From: Okamejei kenojei
Taxonomy: Eukaryota
Assembly (NCBI GenBank): GCA_035221665.1
Contig: CM069135.1
Span: 27,156,001-27,220,000 of the forward strand
Direction of reading: 5' to 3'
DNA length: 64,000 nt
The notes under the pieces are model-generated. The model was given only the letters and a program-made list of their open reading frames with translations. It did not search any database and had not been told where the DNA came from. Every line of letters begins with the position of its first letter. Position 1 is the stretch's first letter. The position numbers were made by a program, and so were the translations under genes. Below, piece after piece: positions 40,727 through 53,250 of this stretch.

Positions 40727-40825
40727 AAACCTCAGGAAATTCAACAACTGCTTCAACAACAACTCCAACTCAGGATGAGAATGACACCAGAAGAGTGCAG
40801 TGTAAAGGTGGGAGGGTGGTGGTGG

Positions 40826-40885
40826 TTGTGTGTGTGTCTGTGTGTGTGTGTCAGTGTGTGGGTCTGTGTGTGGGTCTGTGTGTGT
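40826..40885. repeat. Imperfect (GT)n microsatellite
   Basis: tgtgtgtgtgtctgtgtgtgtgtgtcagtgtgtgggtctgtgtgtg... Confidence 0.85.
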
Positions 40886-43800
40886 AGATACCTCACGGGG
40901 TGAGGAGCAGATGTCTTGGTGGGGAGGTAGAAGGGAGCACAGAGGGAGGGTGTTCTATCCCAGGAATGGGCAGCAGTGGGGTGCAAGTAATGGTTAGAAA
41001 ATAAAGATATCTTAGAGGGAAGAAAGTTTAGCAAAGGCAATCATTGTGTGAGCTGGAGAGTTGGAGGAGCACAGGTGCTTTGGATGTTGAAGGGCAGGAG
41101 GAAATGGAGATCATGAAGAGGCATAGGCAGATTTGGAAAGAAGGTTGAGAGCTTTATCATCAATGTTTTGCTTAACCTGGAGGCAACCCACATCAGCAAG
41201 CACGGACTAATGTGAATGGGACTTGTTGCAAGGAATGACACGGAGGGCAGTTTTTGATTATCTGATTTATGGAGAGCACCATCTACAAGGCACAGCCACT
41301 TGCCAAGGATTTTTTGGGTGCACACCTCCAAGGGCAGCATTTAAACACGACCACTGCAAGCAGCAAGCTTTCCTTCGAGTGACACATCATCCAAACCTAC
41401 AAATACAATGCTCGTCCTTTGTGATTGCCAAGTAAATGTTGTGTTACACCCTGCACCAAAGGACTACCTCTAACAGTGTTTTCAATGGTTGTACAAGGGA
41501 GTTTATCTTTACCTTCTCTAGACCAATAGTTGTGAACCATATAGAAGAACTACAATAATCAGCTATCTGAGCATTTGGGATCTTGATGGCTCAGCACCCG
41601 ACTCACCATGTAATGTCCGCAGCAGTCCTTCTTACTCACTATGCCGCCTGGTTCTGTGCTCGCTTCCTATTCGTCAGCACCTTAGTAACTGCGCTCCTCG
41701 TCCACTCACCAGGGGCCCCAGGTCTCACGCTTCCATTGGACTCATAGGGGGTCCTAATTTCCATGATCCTTTTTCACACATCGGGAGCCGTGGTTCCCAC
41801 TCCCTTCCATTTCACCAGGGACACTGGTTCCCACACTCAATTACCATTCACTGGGGCCTTTGCTTGTGCCCTAACTAATGCTGAGCCTTAACCCATCCTT
41901 AAAACTGATCAGAGCACATCCTGCCATATTGTCACTTCATAGAACTGTCCTCAACTACTACTTTATAACCTCTGCCCTTTCCTTCACATCCATACAGATC
42001 AAAAGTGAACTTGTTGCAAGGATAATGTTTGCGTGGTCTTTCCATAACTTTTTTGCACAAATGTTAATAAAACCAGCATGTTATCCATTATTAATAGCAT
42101 TCAGTTGGATCGTCTGGCTTAACTACTAAATTGTTTCCACTATTTTTCTGTGATATCAATGTTAAGCACATGCGAAGCTTGGATTTGTAAAGCCTGAATT
42201 TAAATATTTCCACACCTTTCACTTTCAATAATTTGCAATTCTTTTCATTCTCAATAACCTTTGCGGTGCTGTTTAATACTGTGGTGCTTCATATCAGTTC
42301 TCAACAATTGCCAAGATTGATTTTGACTGAAGTCATTTCTATAAATTATTTATACACCTTCCTCATGGTTGGATTCGGGCCATTGTTCCTGTGGTTTGTT
42401 ACATTTCCTTTTGAATTACAATTGAAATAATATTATAAGATAAGCATTTCCTGGCACTGTTGAAATAATCAATTAAGTAGCTATATTAATTTAATCTTCC
42501 TATTTATTACATTTATTGTTTGTGATGTAACTGTAAAACAATGATTATAATGAGCCCTCATTGTTAAATAGAATAAATAATGCTATTCATGTCAAAGCTG
42601 TCAGCTCCACCCTATATTCAGGTCAGGTCAAGTGACAGATCTGACATGTATTCTTTGCAGCCGAGCTAAAATATGCATTCAGTCTGCAGTTTATTGGGAC
42701 AGGTTTTCATTAGGTCATTCATTGAACTAGTCTGCCAAAAAGAAGTCTGTGCTGCTCTTATTTCATCACAACACACATTTTTGACAGATTTTGGGAACCT
42801 GCTACATACAATCTAATTTTGGAAATATGTCACAGCTTGCTTTGACAACAAAATTTTAATCCCTTGCAATTAACTTTTCACAAATTTCATTTGAGGGATT
42901 ATAATCTTGTTCTCAGACATTTTTCTTTATTTTTGCTCATCTAAAAATAAGAGTAAGAAATTCACACTGGAAGTGACTGTTATATTCCATCTGCAGATGT
43001 CCACCTTACTTTTTGGGGGAGTGAGGGAAGGCAGGCTGAACAGCTTCTAATTGCATTCTCTGTCTCCGTGAGCACCATTGATGTCAACGGGGTTCACAAT
43101 TCTCGCAGTCCAAAGGGAATAATTAACATAAACCGCTCGAGGGCTGGTTAGGTGGGGGAGGTGGTTCAGAACAACCACGCAGAAATAAAAATAAATCAAT
43201 CAGAAATTAACAGCATTGTTTTACAATGTCGCTCAATCAATAAAAGTCATCAATTTAAATTGTGCTTTAGGATTTCCGTTTTGATTTCTGAATGCTATTT
43301 ATTTGCCAAAAAAATTATCCTGTGTTTGTGTCAAAGTGATCCAGTTTTGTTAGTACCAAGGAAAGAATATATAAAAGAATGAATGAGTTAATGGGCTTCC
43401 TGTTTTCCTTTATTTGAAAAGACCTGCACATTGTAGTGTATCCATTTTTGTAAAGTTGATTAAACACTCAATGCCCCATGTGAAATTGTTGCTGAAGGCT
43501 ATACAAAGCACATGGATTGCACTGAGACCAGAGGGCAAAAACAGAAAATTATCACCGCTATTGCACATTGTGCCAAAATACCAGTACAGGTTGCCTTTCA
43601 TAAAAACAGGAGGGAACACTAGGCAACAACTGCAGGAGCAAGAGCTTAACAGACAGAAAATGTAGCCTGCACCAGCACTCCGTATAGATCCTGCTGAGAT
43701 TTGGTGTGAACATGGATAAGTGCTTGAAAGTGTAGTAATGTAATAAAGTGTAGAAATGTAGTATCCCAGTCAAATAATTTGAGGGAAATATAGAAAAAAT

Positions 43801-44947
43801 AATGGAAAGCTCTCTGAAGGGGTAAAGTACAATGGGCTGTATTTTATTATAATATCACGCCATGGGTTTTTTCCCCACTTCAACAGAACCTGCTCAACTT
43901 GAATTTTTCCTTCCTAGCAGAATCAACTTCCATAATACTCATTCATGAACTCTTCTTGGGAAGAGTTATTTTTGTGTACTATAGGAGTCATTATATTGTA
44001 AAACTGCTATTGGGAATCAATAATATAGTTTATATCCCCACTTGCTATTATAACAAAACCCTCAAAGGCAGTGCAGCAAATTGTGGGATTATTCGTGGTG
44101 CAAATTGGTTGCAGTGTTTTCCCACATTCCAAGGAAGCACACTTCAGAAATGTTTCATTGGCAGGAGACCCTGGGACACTACATAAATACAGCATCTTTA
44201 TCTTTTGCCTTCAGCAGTGTCCCAAATTCTAATGGCAATGATTTTGACTGCTTTTTGTAACAAGTGGGAACTGTTCTCACACAATTACTTCCCTCCGGTA
44301 AAGTGGTCAAAAGCAGCGTCTGTTCTCAAGGAAAGAGAGATCCTCTGCCTTTTCCACTACTAGCCACAGCTGACCTTGAAAGAAGAATGAGGTTGAGAGA
44401 GCCTTTGCAGCATTGCTCAGAGGGTAATCCTCTGTAAATCTGGTATCCCCAGGGTTTAAACTGCAGTTAGTATGCCCGAACTGGTGCTGATATCTTTAAA
44501 TGTACTCTTCCCCTCATCCCACTGTCTGGCAAACTGGGTCCTTTGAAAGAAATGCACACATCATTCTATTGAGATAAATATTTACACTTTCACTTAACAA
44601 GCACATCCATAAATGAATATAGAAAATATCAGAGAACACTTTAAATTCTTCAATGGAATACAAATGGCTAAATAAATAATCAGTGCAACTGCTGTCAAGG
44701 TTTACCTTTGCTACCCCCTAAAGCTACACAGCAGTTAGACAATTCACAGCTGTCTCTCCTTCAGACAACTCACATTTTAGTTACTAACCTACTGGGGTTG
44801 CTGTTTTAAATCCACCCTTAGAGTATTATGCACCCTTCAGCATTGCATACATTTAGCAATCGAGCTTCATTTGCAGCCCCTTGTGTTGGCTGTGGCTCCA
44901 CAGAGGCAAAATTCCAGCAGTGTAATAGGAATTAATAAGAGTATTAC

Positions 44948-45205
44948 CTCACGCCATCTGGCAGCTTTCTGTCAAAGGAAGTACTGCGAGGGATAGCTGT
45001 GTGGACCTGCTGCAACATTTGCTGAGATTGAAGTCTTTCAGCTGCTCCTTGTATGGGGGAGGACCGGGAAACTGGTTGCCCTGCAGGAGTAGCTACTCGG
45101 TGCCATGTAGTGTTTCTTCTGAACGGGGTTTTGAACTCGCAAGGTGTGCCTTCATTGTCCACTTTGTATTCAACCATTGGTATCCTGTACAGTTCTGAGC
45201 AGCCT
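44948..45205 (-). CDS. sipa1l2: SIPA1L2 coding exon directly after the PDZ domain (258 nt, phase 2 to 2)
   Basis: Translates (R)GCSELYRIPMVEYKVDNEGTPCEFKTPFRRNTTWHRVATPAGQPVSRSSPIQGAAERLQSQQMLQQVHTAIPRSTSFDRKLPDGV(R), matching recalled SIPA1L2 GCSELCRIPMVEYK...PRSTSFDRKLPDG. Acceptor gggcag|A, donor AG|gtaata. Confidence 0.95.
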
Positions 45206-47020
45206 CTGCCCAACAAAGAATATTTGGTTTGTTAGATGAGGACATATTAACCTTGACTACGGTATAAACCCCCCCCCCCCACCCCCACCTTTAGTAATAA
45301 TCTGAACAAAATAATGAAACACAGAACACGGTCGACACTGCTGTACAATAGGGGTGATTTTGTTTTTCATGATTAAAGCAGACCTCATAACACCTATTGA
45401 TGCAGCTGGCTGGTCTGACTGTGCTGCAGGGACCCATGCGGCACCAGACTTAACCCTATGAATAACACACAATAAACCCAAGCGTGCAGAGTAAAAGATA
45501 TTCTTCAATGAATTTCTTTTGAGACCAGTGCTGAAGGAAAAACTGTCAGAAGCAGCGATTTGAATGTGTTGGGTTATTTATGGTCTACCATAGATACAAA
45601 ACGTATTGCTGAATCAATGAATGAGCTGAGGCCTCATTTATAACTATACTTTTGTCCTCTCAGTGTGATAAGCAGAGTGGGGGTTTGGGTGTTCGTGAAT
45701 AGAGGGGTTAAGACTGCCATATGTGACACATGAATAGCACCAACTACAAGATACCACAGCTGCTTCAGTTATATTTTTACCATAAGTATGGGGGAACTAA
45801 ATATGCTTACCATCTGAAAAATCACAACCCCTCATACCAAGTGAGTCAGCTAGACTTGTTTCTGAGCACAGCTAGACTTCAGCTATGATTTATGAATTCA
45901 CTATAATCGCCTATTGCTCAGTAAAAAGATCTAAAAAAGTCTGACAAAACTTCCAGAAGTAGACACAAAGTACTGGAATAACTCAGTGGGTCAGACCCAC
46001 TGAGTCACTCCAGCACCTGTATTTTTTTGATAAACAGCAACAGCAGTTCCTTGTGTCTCCTAGAAGTTGAACTGTGGTTCAAGAAAATGAGAATGTGATC
46101 TTGATTTACCAAACCAGGCTGTGATGCAACCAGACAGTATGCTCTCCACTTTGCACCTGAAGGTTTGATAGCATATTTGGTGACATACTGACTTTCCTCA
46201 GATATCTTAATAAATTCATAAGTGATAGGAGCAGAATTAGGCCATTCGGCCCATCAAATCTACTCCACCATTCGATCATGGCTGATCGATCTCTCCCCCT
46301 TAACCACATTCTTCTGCCTTCTCTCCATAACCCCTGACACGTGTACTTAAGGAATTAGAAGCATTGATGAGCATTCACTGTGATTTCATCAATTTGCTGT
46401 GCCCCAGAGATGTCGTCAAAGATATTCAAGTCCAGGAATTCAAAGTTGTTGACTCTCTCCACCATTGTCCTGTCAATGAATACAGGTTTGTAGATCTTTG
46501 TACTACCCGTCCAGAAGTCAACATTCACCTTCTTTGTCATGCAAATGTTAGAACACGATTGTTGTTCTGGCACCATGTAATCAGATTATTAATCTCCAAG
46601 ATTTGAAAATATAATTTTCAAAGACCCACATCACCCTGGCCATGCTCTCATCGAGTCATAGAGTGATACGGTGTGGAAACAGGCCCTTCGGCCCAACTTG
46701 CCCACACCAGCCAACATGTCCCAGCTACACTAGTCCCACCTGCCTGCGTTTGGTCCATATCCCTACAAATCTGTCCTATCCATGTACCTGTCCAACTTGT
46801 TTCATTAAACATTGGCATAGTCCCAGCTTCAGCTATCTCTTCAGACAGCTTGTTCCATACACTCACCATCTATTGTGTTCAAAAGTTATCCCTCAGATTC
46901 CTATTAAATCTTTAATCCTTCACCTTAAACCTATGTCCTCTGGTCCTCGATTCACCTACTCTGGGCAAGAGATTTCTGTGCATCTACCTGATCTATTCCG
47001 TCCGTCCGTCTGTCTGTCTA

Positions 47021-48003
47021 TCTATACATAACTAAAACCCTGATCTTGTTATCTTCCGGTTTGGCGGTCTTTCTATTTGCGCAAAAATGGTTCGCAATAG
47101 CGCTACGATTTTTCGGCAGTTCATTCACCGTTCTCCTGTGCTGCGAGAGTACCATGTTTCGTTCCAATCAGTTGAATGTCGTAAAAGTTGGCGAGGTTTA
47201 AAATTCTTAAATTCCCCTGTGACGGTCTGTCACTTCCTGCGCCATCATATCTTTACTGGAGCTGAGGATGGCCGACGGAGGTTTCCAACCGGACACAATT
47301 TTCAGAGGAACACGAAGGGACCCCAAGCAGCCCAGCGTTGGCGACCCGACCCGACCCAGCCCAGCCCAGAGTTAGAGACCCAGCCCAACCCGGAGTCGGA
47401 GATGTCGCCAAACGGAAAGCGGAGACTCTGATCCCGGCAGAGGACAACAACCAACGACCAGCGCCCGCTGTGAGTCCCCATCGCACCGCCAATTCCAGCC
47501 ACTACCCCTCTGGTCCCCATAGCTGGCTCCTCCCCCCCTCCCCCGTGATGCCCCCACCCCAGGGCTCTTCCCCCATCTTCTCTCCAAACTCACTCCCCCC
47601 CCCCGCCCACACACCCCTCGCCCCCCACCCCCCCGCCCACACATTCCTCTCCCCCCACAACTCCCCCCCGCCTACACACCCCTCCACCCACAAGCCCCCT
47701 CGCCCACACACAACCACCCCCCGCCCCCACACACACCCCGCACCCACACTACCCCGTCCCCACAATCCTCCCGCCCCCACAACCCCCCCTACAGTCCCCA
47801 CAACCCCCCCGCCTCCACAACACCCTCCATACAAACCCGCCCTCCCCCTTCCCCACAACCCCCTCCCGCCCCCACAACCATTGGGGGAAATGGGTTGCAT
47901 TGGGGGAATGGGTGAGTGGTGGAATATTGCATTGGGGAATAGGTTGCGTTGGGGCACCAAGCCTCCCGTGTGACTGGGACCCAATGGGTCCCACTTAGTC
48001 TAG
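47021..48003 (+). mobile_element. Non-autonomous Helitron
   Basis: A|TCTATACATAACTAAAAC 5' end; hairpin TGGGACCCA-A-TGGGTCCCA (47975-47993) followed by CTTAGTCTAG|T; no TSD. Confidence 0.85.
47530..47880. repeat. C-rich low-complexity minisatellite inside the Helitron (G-rich on -)
   Basis: Repeated ccccccgcccacac / ccccacaacccccc units. Confidence 0.85.
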
Positions 48004-50484
48004 TGATTTTATACACCTCTATAAGATCACCCCTCATCCTCCTATGCTCCAAGGAATAGAGTCCCAGCATCCTCAACTTCTCCCTCTCCCTATAGCTCAG
48101 ACCCTCTAGTCCTGGCAATATCCTTGTCAATCTCCTCTGAGCCCTTTCCAGCTTGACAACATCTTTCCTATAACATGGTGCCCAGAACTGAACACAATAC
48201 TCTGAATGCGGCCTCACCAACGTCTTATACAATTGCAACATGACCTCCCAATTTTTGTACTTAATACCCTGACTGATGAAGGCCAATGTGCCAAAAGCCT
48301 TTTTGTCCACCTTATCTCCCTGCGACTCCACCTTCAAGGAACCATGAACCTGCACTCGTACATCCCTCTGCTCTACAACATTTCTACCCATTTAGAAATC
48401 TTTCCTGCAATTTAACCTTCCAGAGCAGCCTACTATGCTGAACCTTGTCAAATGCTTTACTGAAGTCCATATACAACATCTACAGCTCTGCCCACATCGA
48501 GCTTTTTGGTCACGTCTTCAAAAAATTTGTGAGACACAACCTCTCATGTACAAAACCATGCTGACTATCCCTAATCCGCTCTTGTCCATTTAAATGTCTG
48601 TATAACCTATCCCTCAGAATACTCTCCAGTACCTTTCCGACTACCCGTCTCACTGCCATTGGAAAAAATGTAAAGGAGGCTGAAAACCATGAACTTCAGG
48701 TTTCCCAGAAATTATCTAGCTGTTGAACACTACACTAACTACCTCAGCCACCATGATCTACTGTAGACTTTGTTTGGGGTGCACTGCATACTTTGGCTTT
48801 GCACTGTTATGGTCTGGTTAATAATTTATTGTATTCATGACATCCATTTGTGTGTTATTACTTTAAAGCTGCAGCAAGTAGGCATTTCATTGTTCTGTTG
48901 CCCAGTACACATGACAATTAAATATTCTTGACTTTTGAGATCTTCTCCCCATCTTACGCCAGTTAACGCAGACATCAACAAAGCTACTAACACGTAATGA
49001 AAATTTGCATTAGTGCGCACTGTTCCAGCATAGATCTTATGAAATCAAACTACTCAAATGGTAGTCACCAAACGCTGAAGTAACTCAGCGGGTCAGGAAA
49101 CTTCTCTGGAGAGAAGGAATAGGTGACTTTTCGGATCGAGACCCTTCTTCAGTGTTAGGTGCAAGCACAGTCTCTAGACCAGCTTAAAATCAGCAGATGT
49201 GTAAAAAAGGTGAACACGACTGTTGATGAGAAACCGCTATTCTGGTTTGGATACTGATTGAATGATATATAGATTGGAAACAGGCCTTCGGCCCACCAAG
49301 TCCATACCGACTATCGATCATTCATTCATGCTAGTTCTGTTATCCCACTTTTACATCCTCTCCGTACCCACCAGGGGTAATTTATAAATTAACCATCAAA
49401 ACCATGTGTTTAGAACGTAGAAAGAAATTTTCAAACAATTCTTTGTAATTATATTTCTTAATGGAGTATGGCACCACCACCCCTTTCTTTTCATCAAATC
49501 ATCAAAATCAGGATGGATTTGCGGCTTGTTCTGATTAGCTGCTACCAAGTCAGGAAATTCCTGAGGAATTTCCCCTTGGTAGATGTCACCCAGCTCGATG
49601 CCCAGCTTTGCCTCTCCCATTAGCAAGACCAAGGTTGGAAGATGGTCCTGTGAAAAATTAGGAGCATCAACACATGATCATCATTATGGCATAAACACAA
49701 AGCTCGATAAACATTTGTAGCAGCACTCATGCAATCTAAAGTACAACTTTCAGAACTTACAATTATTCTCCCTTTTAAAATGAGTAAAAACAATTAAGGT
49801 CCATTTTTTAGCAAACTTTTTTTTGTAAGCACTGTATAAACAGTTATACCATTGGGAAGGAAACCATCCACAATGACAACGAAATGCAGGGCTCATTATG
49901 CAAGTGGTACTGAGAATACCCTGGATCATTAGTTTCTCTTCTTTGTTGCAGCTGGTAAATCATTTGAACCAAAACCCTGATTAAATAATTATAATTTGTT
50001 CCAAAATCTCAGGGATCGAAATAGTGGACTTGGTTTGAAACAATTTGATTTCTAAAAGTAGACTCTTTCTATTCTTTAATAGACTAATGGCATCCAATTC
50101 AAAACATTAAAACATGTATTTGCACTGAGAGGGAATGGATTAGTGAAACAGTGCAGGTGTAACATGGAGATGGACAGAAGTACAGAGAGAGACAGAAATA
50201 CTGGAGAGACAAGGGGAGACAGAAAGATAGAATGCAAAGCGAGACAATAAAAAAATAATATAGGAGAAAGACAATGAGAGAAAAGGGGAATGGCAGAGAG
50301 CGAGAGTGGAAAAATTACAAATTATAATCTTGGATTCAGAAAACAGGTCTCATATAATCCTGGAAGATTGTGCAGATAACAACGAACTCAAGATGACTAT
50401 TTGAAAACAGCAACTAAGGAATACCAAACCAAATCACAGTAGGTTGTAACTACTGACTGACAAATATTCCCCAATTTTATTAAT

Positions 50485-50801
50485 GGGGCTGTCCTCCTGT
50501 ACGAGCGAATTCAAGAGTTCTCCCGCGTTTCCCCGTTTCGAACTCGGAGAATTACGGTAATAGCCGCTCGTAGGTACTCGGGGCTCTCGTGGACATTTTT
50601 TTCAACATGTTGAAAAATCTTCACGAGTCTTCCCGAGCTTACCACATTTCCCGAGTACCTGCCGTTAGCGTTACGAGCCGCTAAGAGACGTCCCGAGCTC
50701 CGACGTACCCGCAACGTACATTCTATGTGCTTACCACGAGTTTGATTTTTGTTAAAAACTCGGGAGAGCTCTTGAATTAGCTCGTACTGTGGGACAGCCC
50801 T
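50485..50801. mobile_element. Palindromic MITE, probably Harbinger-type
   Basis: ggggctgtcctcctgtacgagcgaattcaagagttctcccg ... cgggagagctcttgaattagctcgtactgtgggacagccct; termini resemble the 21322 MITE; CpG-rich; TSD not clean. Confidence 0.75.
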
Positions 50802-51044
50802 TGAACAGCTATCGAAACGGCTTCCCATAACATTTCTAGATTTACCTGGAGCTCATTTTATTAATCTTTCATGATAGTAAATGTATTAATTTAGAAATTG
50901 AATCACCGACATGCGTTACCTTAAATTTGAAGTGTTATTTCTTACAATGCAATGTCAAAGTGAACAATGACCGTAAAACACAGATGTTCCTTCTTCACCA
51001 AAAATTACAAGAACGTTTTCGTAACATTTTGATTTGCATACATA

Positions 51045-51710
51045 GCTGTGCAGCAGTAGAGTTGCTGCCTTACAGCGCCAGAGACACGAGTTTGAAACCG
51101 CGTGGGTTTAATCCAGGTGCTCCAGTTTCCTCCCACATTCCAAAGAGGAGCATGTTTATAGGTTAATTGGCCTCTGTAAATTGTCCCTCGTGTGTAGGAT
51201 AGAACTATTGTCAGGGTAATCGTTGGTCAGGGTGGAAACGGTGTGCCAAAGGACCTGTTTCCACACTGTATCTCTAAACTAAACTGACCTGACCTAAACC
51301 AAAACTAAAATATCTTACTTGGTATAAATTGATCACTGTGTTTGGCTGCAGAGGTTCATGGACTATAGCATAATTTGGAAAAGGTTCAGCACATGCTGAG
51401 GATATGAAGACACTTTTTAAATGCCAACAGAGTTGCGGCCTTACAGCGGCAGAGACCTGGATTCAATCCTGACCACAGTTGCTGCCTGTACAAAGTTTGT
51501 ACATTCTCCCTGTGACTGCGTGGGTTTTCTCAGAGTGCTCTGGTTTCCTCCCACAGTCCACAGACATACAGGTTTGCAGGTTAATTGGCTTCAGTGAATT
51601 GTCCTAGTGTGTAAGATAGTGTTAGTGTATCTGGTGATCACTGGTACGCGTGGACTCGGTGGGCTGGATGGCTTGTTTCCGCGCTGTATCTCTAAAGTCG
51701 AAAGTAAAAA
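51045..51710 (+). mobile_element. Two HE1/V-SINE copies (about 51045-51300 and 51430-51705)
   Basis: Both carry gccttacagcg.cagagac heads, ggttaattggc cores and tgtttcc.c.ctgtatctctaaa tails. Confidence 0.8.
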
Positions 51711-52671
51711 TAAAGCAGTTGCAGCACCGTTTTGCATTAAAAGTTTGTGCATTGTTTATTCACAATGCCAATTACCAATATATTCAGACTCATTACAATT
51801 AAAGTTAGGAAAAAGAAAGAACATATTCATGCCTGGATAATGTAACAGCAAGACGATTTCAGATGTATACACACCTGGAACCTAAACAAAGACTCTCAAG
51901 ACAGGGTAGAGAGGTGGGATGAATTGAAGGGTAGGTTGGATAAATCAGAGAATAGGTTGGAGGGAAATGGGGCTGGAATTTTCCTCTCCATTGGGTAAAA
52001 TGGAATGCAGTGCATGTACCTCTAACATGATCAGCTACAACCAAAGGTACCAAGGCCAATTCAGTTACTTGTAATCCATGTTCCATAGATTATGTATCTC
52101 TGCACTTGGTAACCTCTGGAGAAGCTATAGTAAAAACATGTTTTAACAGTTTCTCCAAGAAGCCTTGTGGAAAAATGAAAAATTATTCTGCTATCTCTCT
52201 CTCTCTCTCTCTCTCTCTCCCCCCCCCCCACAAAGCTTTTTAATAAGCTTTTTTTAAATAATCATCTGCATCTCAATTAAATCACCATGTTTTCTAAATT
52301 CATGTAGATTATGCAATCTACCATTAAAGTTTCAGCCTTTAACGGCTATGTACCTCCTCCAAGGCCAAGATAATCAAATGGCCAAAATTAAAGCCAATAC
52401 ATCTTGGGGCTAAACAGAACTTTATGTAAAGGAAGAATAATGTCTATTTGTTGTATACCAATAAAACTGAGGGAAACATCTCAGCAGCCCTGTAAATTAT
52501 TTGTGCCTATTCCCTACTCTTGATAATTCCTGCACTTGAACTTTTAATCTCTCTGCTCATCAAATTCCCAGCTCCCTCCCAAATAAAAAAAAATATCATG
52601 AGAAGTTCATCTTTGTCCATTGGTACTAAATGTTAAGTTAGTTGTGGCTGTGCATTGTAATCTACTCCTGA

Positions 52672-53250
52672 AGGTACACAAAAGGCTGGAGAAACTCAGC
52701 GGGTGCAGCAGCATCTAAGGAGCGAAGGAGATAGGCGACGTTTCGGGTCGAGAGATATAGACGGTGATGTGGAGAGATAAAGAACAATGAATGAAAGATA
52801 TGCAAAAAAGTATCGATGATAAAGGGAACAAGTCATTGTAAGCTGTTTGTGGTGTGAAAATGAGAAGCTGGTGCGATTAGGGTGGGGGAGGGAGATAGAG
52901 AGAGAGGGAATGCCAGGGCCCGAGGGCTGAGGGAGAGGTGGGAAGGGGAGGAGACAGCAAGGGTTAACAGAATTGAGAAAATTCAATGTTCAAGCCCAAA
53001 GGATGCAGACTCCCCAAGCGGAATATGAGGTGCTGTTCCTCCAACTTGCGGTGTTGCTCACTCTGGCCGTGGAGGAGGCCCAGGACCGAGAGGTCGGATA
53101 CGGAATGGGAGGGGGAGTTGAAGTGCTGAGCCACCGGGAGGTCGGGTTGGTTAATGCGGACCGAGCAGAGGTGTTCGGCGAAACGATCGCCAAGCCTCAC
53201 TGAAATAGATCATCTGGCATCTGGAGCAGTGGATGCAGTAAATGAGGTTA
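52672..53250 (-). mobile_element. Penelope element, inverted partial copy (GIY-YIG end and pseudo-LTR)
   Basis: ORF RLGDRFAEHLCSVRINQPDLPVAQHFNSPSHS...RKLEEQHLIFRLGSLHPLGLNIEFSQFC; reverse complement of about 54075-54640. Confidence 0.9.

Larger units (their letters stand above)
46651..48640 (-). mobile_element. CR1 LINE 3' portion split by a Helitron
   Basis: Tail gagtcatagagtgatacgg at 46652; RT ORF VQVHGSLKVESQ...LYKTLVRPHSEYCVQFWAPCYRKD...MRGDLIEVYKI in about 48004-48390; breaks at ctattcc / tgattttatacacc. Confidence 0.9.

Noticed and set aside
45811-45813. Possible 3-nt microexon (tttttcag|ATG|gtaagc on -)
   Set aside because: In this phase-2 intron it would give AGA TGA, a stop, and the pyrimidine tract is short. 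Probably chance; only junction reads could support it as a poison exon.
47338-47984. Long Pro-rich (+) and Gly-rich (-) ORFs of 160-211 aa
   Set aside because: Artefacts of the C-rich minisatellite inside the Helitron.
49396-49648. Exon-like ORF DHLPTLVLLMGEAKLGIELGDIYQGEIPQEF... after tttttcacag (-)
   Set aside because: Open only in phase 0 while the host intron is phase 2; no convincing donor and no recognisable homology.
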